Below, piece by piece: positions 12,204 to 23,912 of a stretch of DNA of 64,000 nucleotides. The stretch lies in assembly GCA_024137785.1 (NCBI GenBank), contig JAHRHZ010000073.1:12347488-12411487 (forward strand), read 5' to 3'. Below the pieces are notes generated by a model. That model saw nothing but the letters and a program-made list of their open reading frames with translations, did no database searches and had not been told where the DNA came from. Position numbers and translations under genes: made by a program. The stretch's first letter is position 1. Every line of letters begins with the position of its first letter. The stretch is from Ginglymostoma cirratum. Taxonomy: Eukaryota.

Positions 12204-13854
12204 AACGATGTCTTCTTCCTGGCTTCTGACTGCTCTTCCTGTCCGCTCTCCCCGTGCAGTTGGCATTAAGGTTCTTACCTTTTCCCCTTTCATTTTCAGC
12301 TTCTGAACATGACAAGTATTTATTCATTGCTGTTTGATCTGACAACAAACTACTCTGATTGTGGATTGTGGCACTGACATGGATTATAGATTTCAACAGA
12401 TTTACCAGGACATTGAAAATCACACCTCTGCATGTTAATTTAATTGCTAGATCACAAGTGTCATCCCAGTATGGGCCTCATTAAGCCTGTTGTCTAGGTC
12501 AGCCACAGTAATAATCATGACTGTAGGGGCTATCCTTGATAAACAATTAATCATCTTAATTCATAGCTTTAAGTCACCTTGGAAGTTATGCCACTTGAGA
12601 AAATGCCACAACTACTTTGTCTTATCATTGGAGGTGATTTACATCACATTAATGGAATGAAAATTTTCCCTGTCCTCAAAATTAAGAGTTGAACACTTTG
12701 AGTGTCTCATACTTTCTATAATTTACTTCTGGCACCTCTGGGAGCCCTGCCAGCCAGCAGAACGGTTTAGCTCTCTCTATCTTTTCTTGCTCTGATTCTT
12801 TTGGGAAGGAAATGTGTGGCATATTTGAAGGAAATATCAGTCATCTTCATACAGTGTTGAGTTGCTGCCTACCAAAAGTTGCAAAGGTGAACAGATATTA
12901 CAAAGGAATATTCAAGGTGATGTTGACTTTGACTGGGCCAAATACTGTTGATCCCAGTGAAAATGGAGAACAGACAGTCAGTTAGCAGTGACACACCTCA
13001 GCTATAAACTCCAAGAGAAAGTAATGTCTCCCAGATACTGATATGAAGAAACATCTAAATAAGAACATTTCATATTGGGGAATTTGTTGATTATGCATCC
13101 ATGCATAGGGAACAGGCACCACAATTTAAATATCTTTGAATTAGTCTTCTTCGATCACTTCCTGTTCAAAACATCAATAAAGTAATTTTTATTGGGAAAT
13201 TTGTGTTTCCAGTCGACGAAAGTGTCCTTGCAGGGTTAGCTAAATGAAGCAGTAACTTATGAACATCCAAGCTAGGACTGGAAGTGGACTTCTTGTCACC
13301 CCAGGTTTGCTCTGCCGTTTACTAAAATTATGGTAATCGGTTTGTGTTTCAAATTTGACATTCTCATTTCCCCCTCCAGTACCCACGATTTCCTGGCTAA
13401 CACAAATCTATCCCCCTCTGACTTATGCAATATAATTGAAAATATTCAATGACCCTGTCTCCACTGCCTTTTGAGGCAGAGAGTTTGAAAGGCACACAAC
13501 CCTCTGAGAGAAAAAATATTCTTCTTATCCCTGTCCTGAAAAGACAATCCCTAACATTGAAACAGTGTCCTTGTTCTGCACTGACTCACAAGAGGAAACA
13601 AAATAGTCTTCCAAACACCAGCAATATTATTCAAGCCAAATAGGATCTTTAGCTCTCAAATATTTTGCCTGCCTCAGAAATATTACTGTTCTGCTCAAAC
13701 TGCCACTCTTATATTCTTGGTATTAATTAGATCGATATATTGGGTTGGAATTTTTAAAAATGGAGGCAGTCGCTCACACTTTAGTTCATTTAAATGTGTC
13801 AGGTTGTGCTCCAGCTCAGGGTATTTATGGGAAATGGTGTATGGTCTAGAGCAT

Positions 13855-13951
13855 TTTCTGAAGAAGGGTCTAGACCCAAAACGTCAGCTTTCCTGCTCCT
13901 CTGATGCTGCTTGGCCTGCTGTGTTCATCCAGCTCTACACCTTGTTATCTC
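13855..13951 (+). repeat. Short Penelope-associated repeat with hammerhead-like core
   Basis: CTGAAGA-A-GGGTCTAGACCC-AAAA-CGTC followed by the same body as 1938-2036. Confidence 0.75.
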
Positions 13952-14491
13952 TGGTCTAGAACAAAGTTGTGGTGCAGTTTTATTTTGTTTAGGGAATGTG
14001 GGCCTCACTAGTTCGGCCAACATTGATTGCCAAATCCTTATTTTCTTTGGGTAGGTGGTGATGAGCTGTTTTTTTGAACTGCTGTAGTTCATATTGTGTC
14101 GATTCATCCACAGTGTTGTTCAAGAAATATGACCCAGCAGCAATGGTTTGGATGAGGCAGGGATGGGCGAATTGACTCCCATCTTTTTCACACCCTTCAT
14201 CAGCTGTAACAAAGACTTTTTAATTCATTTTAGCATACATCCGTATCATAGAGTTGAACAAATAACCGTTTGTTGAGTTTGACACCTTAAATTGACCTGA
14301 AAACAGGCGGTGAACAAATGAATAAAGAAACAATTAGTTTGTGATACAATTGTTTAACAAGTTTAGTCCCAGGTAGGGGGAGGACAGGGAAAGTGGAAGA
14401 CGTATGGAGAAAGAACTTACAGCATGACTGCAACACACTTCTAAACTCAATATCGACAACAATTAAAACAAGATACCGTCGATGTTGGAGA

Positions 14492-14679
14492 CCTGAAATA
14501 GTAACAGAAAGTCCTGGAGAAACTCAGCATCTGCAAAGAGAGAGACAGGTTTAGCTTTTCAAGTCCATTGTTCAATGGTCATCACGAGTCATTGGGCTTG
14601 AAATGTAACTCTGTTTCTCTCTGCACAGATGCAGCCAGACCTGTTGAGTTTCTCCATCAATTTCTGTTTTTATTTCAGG
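14492..14679. repeat. Fold-back (inverted-repeat) short element
   Basis: Left arm CCTGAAATA..AACAGAAA..TGGAGAAACTCAGCA is the reverse complement of right arm TGTTGAGTTTCTCCA..TTTCTGTT..TATTTCAGG. Confidence 0.75.
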
Positions 14680-15929
14680 GTTGACTATGTCTTCTACACA
14701 TCCCCTGGGGAATAGAGAAAAGGTTATCCTACAGTGAGTAAGAATCTGAACTACTGTAGGTTACTAACACCACAGCCCCTTCCACCCACACATCTATACC
14801 CTCAATTTGTCTGATACGAGAACTAGGGTCCTATAAAATATCTTGGAATAGATCGTCATAAAAACTGTTGGGCCTTCTTGTTTAAATTACACTCAGGTAT
14901 TCTAATGAAGTATTTTCTGGGGTTTGTCAAGGAATTAACAAATTTTACTTTGTTTTATTTATTGTAAGTGACTACGTTGTTTTCTGCAGGGGCGTTCACG
15001 TAGAAAAAAAAGCATTTATATGAGAGGATTTGAATCCATTACCAGCAGTAGAATAATGAATTTTTCACTGGATCAATTTTGTGGGTAGCCGTTTCTCATT
15101 TAACGTGCTCCTTTCAGTTTCTAATTTGGGACATGCATTGAAATAAGCTGAATATTCCAGCACTGGCACTCATGCAATGCTCAAAATTGTTGCTACTAAT
15201 ACGGCAAGTACCAAAGAGAAAAGCAACATAAAATGTTGTTAGATGGTGCTGGGCAATATCGCTAGACATTTGGAGAGGTGAAACCTTAATTTGTAATGGA
15301 TTAAGCAGACTTCATAAAGGCTTCAGCTAATATCAATATTGAAAACCTCTAAATCTTCTGACAGCAGGATTTTCAGTATTTCAAAAAAGATTTTTTTTAA
15401 AAAATCAGACAAGGAATTGTTCCATGGTTTCTCAGTTTATCAACAGAACCTCCAGGACATTCTGTCAGATCTGATGTTAAAACTGCTCATCACTAATACT
15501 ATCTTGTTACTGCCTAACAGATGTTGCTAAGGGTGAGTGGAAGGCTTACTTAAACTTCAAATTCTTTCCTGCCAAAAATAGTCAATTGGTCACCAGACGA
15601 GCAATGGCATGGGATAGTCATCTGTGAGATTTAAAAATGGATGCCATTTAGCCTGCCCCGTAAGCATGCGGCTCAGCTCTGACCTCTGAGAGTGGCACAG
15701 CTACCCTTTTCCGACCCCTGCTACCTCCCACCATCTTCAGAACAGCTTCTCCAACACAAATTTTGATTAATTCGGAGGAAAGTCCTGGTGCCCATCTCTG
15801 AGGTAGCTCAATGAATAGCAAGGTTTCGATGTCCAGCCTGGACAGATTTAGACAATTTGGCAATAAAGGAGCTAAAATTGCTACAGAGTCAAGGACCTAT
15901 GGAATAATGCAACATGATATTGCACAGAG

Positions 15930-17430
15930 CAGTGTATTTTTTTAAAGTTTACACATGAGTAATCATGAAGTGGATGGTTTACTAGGAGGTGATTGCCACT
16001 CAAGGAATACCCTGATAACTAGCTAAACTATTCAGTTCAGGAGGACCTGTGAGAAAATTTCAGCAAAGAAGAAAGAATCCTGTCCATTGTAAACCTATCT
16101 TCACTGGACATCATACACATTATATTCCTACAAATTTAGCTTTAACTTATGTAAATCAGGCCTGAGAGGTTCTCAGTGTACAAGCTTGATGCTGAAATAA
16201 GGTGTATCATTACCATCCTGTGAGATAATGGCTACCTTGATGGGAACCTTTCACGTTGTATATCACACAAACTCATGAACTGGCCTTTGTCTAGAAAATT
16301 CACCCTGAAAAGTACCTAGTTGACCTCAGATCACCCTGGGAGGGGAAGGAAACTCAAAATTTGAGCAACAGATGAAGCTAGGTATTCTCGCTTTGGCTAT
16401 GCAGGAGCAACACAAGTGGTATCTGCTACTTACAGGATATTACCAAGATATGTAACACAGGATATTATCAAGGCAAGATATTTTGGCGATGGTCCAGTGG
16501 TATTACTGTGGGAGTGTTAATTCAGAGACCCGGATAATGTTCTGGCGGTCCAGGTCCGAATCCTGCCATGGCATTTGGTGGAATTTGAATTCAGTAAAAA
16601 TATCTAGAATTAAGAATCTGATGATGGCCGTGAACCCATTGTCGATTGTCAGAAAAATCCATCTGGTTCATTAGTGTCCTTTAGGGAAGGAAACTACCAT
16701 CTTTACCTGGTCTGGGCTACATGCAACTCGAGACCCACAGCAATGTGTTTGGCTTTGAACTGCACTGTGGGCAATTAGGGAAGGGCATTAAATGCTGCCT
16801 AACCAGTGACACCCTCATCCCGTTAATGAATAAAAAACAAATTCTGCCTCTTAAACTATACGTATGTGGTACATGAATGTCAGAGTTAGTGGGATGCCAG
16901 TTGTGTAGGCCATGGGTTCCAAAGCCATCATATCATGTCCTTTAGCTATTCTCAACAGCCAAGGATGCTGACCATACTCAATTAGCTCATGCTTGCAAAA
17001 CGCTAAACAGTGTCCAACATTAAATGTGATTCCACAATTGAACAACATTAGGTAAAGAATCCTGATAATTGCAATTCTGCATATTTGTGCATACTGGAAG
17101 TGGCATATGTTAATATACAGGACCCTGTTCTTTGCAGGCAGAAGGAATATGTACGTGCACCACGGAACACAGTCGGTGACAGCCATTCTCTCATTCATTT
17201 CCCAGGACAAAGCCTTGACCAATCAGAATTTTGGCTTTGGTTTCAAATTTAAACAAAGCTTAGCAATCTAACTAATATATCATCTGCATGGCAATGCCTC
17301 CACCAATCAGAATTCATTCTTCTCATTCAGTATTAAAAAGTTGTTCCCCTCTAGTTTAGTATTTCTTGAAAATTGCTTTGATTGCAGGACAAAAAGCTTT
17401 GATAAATGTTTCTTTTTTCAGCAATACTCA
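15930..17430 (+). mobile_element. Penelope-like retroelement 3' fragment (RT C-terminus + GIY-YIG endonuclease + 3' repeat), interrupted by a SINE
   Basis: Manual translation: LKFTHE, VHCKPIFTG (VYRKPTFTG-like), KLDAEIRCIITIL*DNGY, LRSPWEG, VVHECQS*WDASCVG (GIY-YIG-like), CDSTIEQH, LCILEVAYVNIQDPVLCRQKEYV. Confidence 0.8.
16483..16837 (+). repeat. tRNA-derived SINE with LINE-derived tail (second family)
   Basis: A/B-box-like head; tail GGGCATTAAATGCTG..CATCCC..ATGAATAAAAAA. The same tail occurs at 53840-53900 and reversed at 17470. Confidence 0.7.
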
Positions 17431-17469
17431 AATTTCACACTCCTATTTTGCCTGACTCTGCACATTTTT

Positions 17470-17805
17470 GTTTTATTTATGGGATGTGGGCATCACTGGC
17501 AAGGCTAGCATTTATTGTCCATCCCTAATTACCTAGAGGGCATAAAGAGTAAATCACATTGCAGTGGGTCTGGACTCACATGTATTACAGACCAGGTAAA
17601 GATGACAGATTATCTTCCCCAAAGTACACCACTGAACTAGGTAGATTTCTACAACAATTGCCAATGATGAGGCTAGTTTTTATTCCAGATTTTCACTGAA
17701 TTCAGATTTGACCATCTGCCTTAGTTGGATTCAAACTTATTCCCCAGTACATGAGGCTACAGTCTGCATTATTAGTCCAATGACATTGCCATTACACCAC
17801 TGCCT
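17470..17805 (-). repeat. SINE of the same family as 16483-16837
   Basis: Reverse-complement similarity to 16483-16837. Confidence 0.65.
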
Positions 17806-20017
17806 TCTTTTAATATTGATGTTAATTGCGTAATTATTTTTAATTAAACAGAATCACAATTGCTGGATTTCTGAAATGAAGTTAAAAAAATGCTGGAAAT
17901 AAACAGCAGGCCTGTTGGTAACTGTAAAGAGAAAGGAAAAGTGAATATTTTAGGTACAAATCTTTCTCAGAACCCAAGTATAATCTCCAAACCTGGTTTG
18001 GAAGCTATCCAATGGAATGAATGAAAACAGATGTGATTGCTATTCAGACATTTGATGTCTGTGGTGAGAGCTAGTAAGTGAGAAAGTTTTGAGGGTTATT
18101 ATCTGACTAAAGCCAAGCCTGCTTTTTAATTCAGCAATTTACTAATACTTAGTTCTTAATTTAAGAGAAATTAAGACTTAGATGTGGAAAAGGCACCTCT
18201 GTGAGAGCAGCTGCAGCTAGTTAATGAGTTAGTGAGCAAAACATAGTTTTCGGAAACTTGAATCAGTTGTTCTTGAGATTTCGGTCTGCACTGATTGCTT
18301 CTTTAGGTGCCCTGCACAAGCTGATAGTTTGTTGAGTGAATGAGGAAGTTTGCTGAAGGGCAGAAGAAGGTGCTTCTTTCTTCTTCAATATTTTCCAGTC
18401 TGTAGTCATTTGTTCTACTTTGCTGCAGGAGAAGAGACTGATAGGTGAATAGCTGCTAAGTTATTCTTATTCTAATTGCAAGAAATAATTTTTGAAGTTT
18501 TGGTACTGCAGATCAGCTTGGCCAAGTAGAATATACATCCTCAGATATGTCTAAATTCATGGGTGGCTGTGTTCGCTGTAGTGTCACTGGCTGCACAAGC
18601 TTGCTATCTGACTTTCAGAATACGAGTGGTGGCTGTGCATCCATGATGCAGGGAAATACCTGCCCAACATGCTTTGGGAATTTGTCGCACCACAGGTTAG
18701 GAGTGTGCAGACAGAGAGGAAATGGATGGCCACCAGGGAGTCAAAGAGAACCAAGCAGATGCTGAAGAGGTCTCCTGAGTCTGTCTGGTGTGCTAATCAG
18801 TTTTCCATTTGGATACTGGTGAGGATGACGACTCCTCAAGGGAGTGCAAGCAGAGCACAGTCTGTGGCTCAGCTGTATAGGTGAAGAGGAAGAAGAGCAA
18901 TGGTGATAGAGGGTTCCACAGTCAGGGAATCAGGAGCACTTTACTGCAGCAATAAACATGTCTCCAGGATGGTGTGACCTCCCTGCTGCCAGATTGGCTG
19001 CAGGATGTCCTTGTTTGGGAAGGTGAATAGCCAGAGGTCATGGTCCAAATTGGTATTAACAGCATAGATAGGAAGATGTATGAGGCCCTGAAAACAGATT
19101 TTAGGGAGTTAGGATGGAAGTTATTAAACAAAAAGGACCTCAAACTATAATCTCAAGATTACTCCCAGGGTTACACTTTAATGGGCGTGGGACTGATATC
19201 CTAACAGAGATTTGCCAGAGTCGTTGGGGAGAGTTTAAACTAGCTTGTAAGGAGGAAGAGTAGCTCAAATTAAAATAAAGTATAGCAAATAATAAGAAGT
19301 AGCAAATTGTCAAATGAATTTAGAAGGCAGTTGAAATTAAGGCAATCATCAACTAAGCTTAGAACGCAGAATATTAACAAAAAGATAAAGCTAAGGGCAC
19401 TCTCACTGAATGCACACAACATTTGCAACAAGATAAATGATTTAGAGGCATAAAAATGGGAATGATCCTACTGCCGTTGCAGAAATATGGTGCAAGGTGG
19501 CAAGACTTGGAACCGAATATTAAAGGATATTCAACATTTACAAAGGGCAGGCAAGAGATTAGAGATGGTGCATTGTATTGTGAATAAGGGATGAGATCAA
19601 TACATTACTACAGGAGAATCTCACAAAATGTGGAATCTGGGAGGAGCTAAGAAACAGCAAGGGGGCAACAAACATTAATAAAATTAGTTTGTAGGCCACT
19701 GGACAGTAGTGGTAGAGTGGGGCATATGATAGGGTTAGGTTTATTAATCGAGAGATTAAAGAACTGCGTAGCATGAGTAATTCAGTAATCATGTGACTTC
19801 GATCTGGACATAAGCAGGGTAAACCTCATGAACACAAATGCTGTGGAGGGTCAGATTCTGAAGTATGTTTTGGATGATTTTTTGGATGAATGAGTTGAGA
19901 AGCTGACTCAGCTATTTTATATCTACTATTATGTAAGAAGAGGGGTAAATAATAATTTTGTTGTTAAAAGAGACCTTTAGGGATGAGTGACCATTATATG
20001 ATAGAATTTTGCATTAT

Positions 20018-20235
20018 CTTAGCTCAGTTGGCTGGATAGCTGGTTTGCAATGCATAGTGATGCTAACAGCATGACTTCAATTCCTGCTACTCGTCAAGGT
20101 TACTACAAAGGACTCTCCCTCTCAACCTTTCCCCTCACCTGAGGCATGGTGACCCTCAGGTTAAACCACCACCAGTCGTCAGTGTCTAATAAGAGAACAG
20201 CTCAATGGGTTGGCAAGACTATGGTGACTTTACTT
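20018..20235 (+). repeat. tRNA-derived SINE (third family) inserted in the CR1
   Basis: Head TAGCTCAGTTGG..TTCAATTCC; interrupts the CR1 EN region. Confidence 0.55.
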
Positions 20236-21142
20236 CACTGTACAGAAGCAAAGAATGGGCTTTAAAGAATTATTACCTATTTCACAGCAACTATACGTTC
20301 CTTCATAGTGCAAAAACCTAAATAAAAAAGTCAGTCAACTGTGGATAACAAAAGATGTTCAGGATTGTGTAAGATTAACAGAAAAGGCGTATCATTATTG
20401 TCCCAGCTGACAGTAATACTGGAAAAGTCAGATTTCAGCATAGACATGACTTGAAATACCATAAGTTTTGCTTTCCTTTTTGTTCAGTCACAAAAGGCTC
20501 ACAATGCGTGTTTAACAGAAAAAAAGTCGCAAATTTATAACATGAAAAAGCATTAGCTATATCATACTAGAAGAGAACTCATAGAACAAACTCAGTTCAA
20601 ACATCGGAATGAAAGATTCACCCCATTTACCTCCAACTATAACCTCACAAGTGCTCAAACTTCATCGAATACTCACTCCTGTCTCCGTGCTAAAGCTTTT
20701 TTTTAGATGGCATGACTGTAATCAGTTTGTTTTTGGAAAATTGCTGCACAATTAATAGATGCTATTATCTTCATTTAAATGTGTCTGCTTAAGAGACTTA
20801 AAAATAACTTTTAACTTAGTTCATTATTAGTTAACATGAGCTTCTTAAATGTATGTCTCCAATAGCCAGGTGGGGTATGCTGTTCACTGATACCCTGCAG
20901 TCTCCTGCTTCTGGAGCTTTGTCCTCACTGACATCTGAGCAACTCAAGACTTTTCTCCAAGCCCAACGGCTTGGAAACTTCTAATAGCAACACTTCTGCA
21001 GATATGGCCTCTTTCTTATGAGCTTGCCTCTGCTTCACCTCTCTGGTAGCCATAAAACTCAAGTTAGCAAATTCTTTTGCCTATATCTCCCTAAGGTGGC
21101 TTTCTGGTATTTCAAATAAAATCACGTGACTCCTTGTAACTC

Positions 21143-21345
21143 AAAAACAGAAATTGCTGGAGAAACTCAGTAGTTTTGGCAGAAGCTGAGGAGAGAAAAG
21201 AGACCTAACATTTCGATTCCAGTGGCTGTTCTTCAGAAACAGACTCCACGCATTAACTCTGCATTCTCTCCTAAGACACTGTCAGACCTGTTGATTTTCT
21301 TCAGCGGTTTCATTTTTTGCTTCAGATCTTCAATATCCACAGCTC
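21143..21345. repeat. Fold-back short element with hammerhead-like core on - strand (21207-21236)
   Basis: Arms AACAGAAATTGCTGGAGAAACTCAG and CTGTTGATTTTCTTCAGC. The - strand reads CTGAAGA-ACAGCCACTGGAATC-GAAA-TGTT. Confidence 0.65.
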
Positions 21346-21477
21346 TTTGTTTTACTTTTGACTTCTTGTAAATGTCATTTTCAACGTCATGTTAAAATGA
21401 CTGTCTGATTTTCACAGAACTGAAACTAAAATCCAGTTTTTCCTCTACTTTGGAAACTAAGATCTCAATCAAAGTAA

Positions 21478-21740
21478 TAGGCTCAGTGGTTAGCACTGCT
21501 GCCTCACCAGGGTCCTGGGTTTGATCCCACCCTCAGGTGACTGTCTGTGTGGAGTTTACACATTCTCCCTGTGTCTGTGTGGGTTTCCTCCCACAATCCA
21601 AAGATGTGCAGGCTAGGTGGATTGGCCATGCTAAACTGTCCATAGTGTTCAGGGATGTGGAGCTTAGGTGGGTTATGGGGTGTGGGTTAGTGTGGACTTA
21701 TCGGGCTGAAGGGCCTGTTTCCACATTTTAGGGATTCTAT
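21478..21740 (+). repeat. HE1-like SINE
   Basis: GGCTCAGTGGTTAGCACTGCTGCCTCA head and GGGCCTGTTTCCACA..GGGATTCTAT tail. Confidence 0.85.
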
Positions 21741-23842
21741 TAAAAAAATGTATAAACCAGCTTAGCACTATAATTATTGCCTGAAACAGTAATAAACCAG
21801 GACATTTGGAGATTTTTTAAATAAAGGAATACAAAGAAATTAATTATTAAAAAGAGGCAAAACAGAATACACTAACAAAAAAGGGATTCTAAAAGCTTCA
21901 TGTGGTACAAAGGCAACACATGTTGAAGATAAATTGTGCATCAATTATAGGCAGTTTCAGGACAATTTGGGGACTAGAGAAATGGCAGTGAAGTTAAATA
22001 ATTACTTTGTGTCCATTTTCTTTCTGGAAGGTACAAGGATCCGCCCAGAATTAGAGATCTAAAGGAATAGGTAGAATGAGGAATTAAAGGAAATTAGTAT
22101 CAGTAGGAAGGTTGTGTTGGAGAAATCGATCAGAATGAAGGTAATAAATCCCTGGGATTTGATAATCTACATCCCAGAATGTTGGAAAAGATAGCTTTGT
22201 AGATCATAGATGCATTGGTAATCATCTTTGAAAACTGCCCAGATTCCAGAGTAGTTCCTGCTGCTTAGAAAGTAGCAAATATCACCCCACTATGTAAGAA
22301 GGAAGGATGAGAGAAAGCTGGGAGCTACAGACCCGTCAACCTCTCACCGATGCAATGCTAGAATCTGCTTTCGAGAATATGATAAAATGGGTACTACAAT
22401 GTTAATGATCTGATCACGAATAATATGGATTTGTGACTGGGAAAATATATTCAATGAAGTTAAAAAATGCTCAACGGGATAGACAGGCCAGATGTCGGTA
22501 AGAGGTTTCATCTGGCTGTGGAGTCTAGTGCCAAGCCACAAAACTTCAAAATAAAGGAAGGCACATAGGACTGAGATGAACCCTCTTTTACCCAGAGGGT
22601 TGTGATTCTTTGGAATTTCTTACCACAGATATAGGAAGCTTAGTCAATACCTATTTTTAAAGATTGACAGATTTCCAATCCCATTAACATCAAGGTATAA
22701 GGGGAAAGTATGGGAGAAAGGTATTGGAGTGGGTGATCAGCCATGACTGTTTGAATGGTGGAGCAGGTTCAGTGGGCTGAATAGCCTACTTCTGTTCCTG
22801 TGTTGATACGTTGTCCTCCTATGTTGCTATGACTGATCAAAAGGGGTCCCCCAGCGTGTAAAAGGTACAGCTTAGTCCTTTGGGAAGAGTGAGTCTTAGC
22901 TGTAAAGCGCAATGAAGGCTGCACCATTCATGTGGCACCATGTTATAAGCTGAATGCTAGACAAAAACTTCAAACAAGCATTCTCCTCCTTACCATAGGA
23001 AGACATTACTTAAGTCTTTCTCAACATTGTTCCTTAGATTTGTTGTGTGCATTTGCCGAAATGAGAAGTGGATGTGGAAGACTGCACTAAGTGTGCAGAA
23101 TTTTACCTGGCTCTCATTGAACTGTTGGGACGTTGTGTGGGGAGGACCATAGAATCAGGACAGAACATGGAAAATAGAGAGTCTTTCTTCTTCCTAATTC
23201 CCAGAAATTCAGCCCCAAGAATGGAAAATTGAGGACCTTTGTTCCAAAGATGTGTCATATTCAATATTTATTGTAGGATATCTTGAAGGGTTGTGGAATT
23301 TGGATTTATTTCAAGCTTCATGGAAATACATGCAATGGTTTCTTTAAAAATTGCAATTGAAAGATAACAATGGATATTGAAGACTTTTTAAATCAAGACC
23401 ACTGAGAAAATGTTGATAATTATTTGTTTTGCTGTGGACTTCTGCTGAGATTTTTTGAACAATGACTTTGGAGAGTGATTTTGCATCTAGAATTAGTTTG
23501 AAAAGAAAAAGCCTGTTGGGAAAGGCTGCCCATGTAATCTCCTCTATTTCTGAAAATAATTCTCTTGTTGACTTCAAGTTAAAACCTATTTGATCTGGGA
23601 GAATACCTGAAGGAATTTCTCAATAATGCACATTTTGAGCAAGTTGTGTCAACCAAGACTTCTGATACAATTGTATGTGATTAGTGACTTGACATGCGAG
23701 AACATCACAGTTGCCAGTTTGGGTCATTCTATGACTATTTCATTTCGCCTTCAATAAGCATCTAATACCTAAGGGCGAGATTTGCTTATTTTTAATGTGA
23801 ACCTCGGCAGAAAGAAATCTGTTTTTGTTTCTCTTTTTCTAC

Positions 23843-23844
<2 letters not shown>

Positions 23845-23892
<48 letters not shown>

Positions 23893-23912
23893 TGTGTGTG
23901 CGTGCGTGTGTG
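23845..23912. repeat. (TG)n/(CG)n compound microsatellite
   Basis: 68 bp of uninterrupted pyrimidine-purine alternation. Confidence 0.95.

Larger units (their letters stand above)
18200..22810 (+). mobile_element. Fragmented CR1 LINE (ORF1 esterase, ORF2 EN-RT, 3' tail) with nested insertions
   Basis: ORF1-like MWEF/RHFYCS..RMV and VMVQIGINSI (SGNH-like) at 18.6-19.2 kb; EN-like at 19.4-20.0 kb; RT-like PGFDNLHPRMLE and SYRPVNL at 22.1-22.35 kb; tail GGGCTGAATAGCCTACTTCTGTTCCT at about 22780. Confidence 0.7.

Noticed and set aside
11972-12423. ORFs spanning poly-X
   Set aside because: Artefacts of the 140-N assembly gap.
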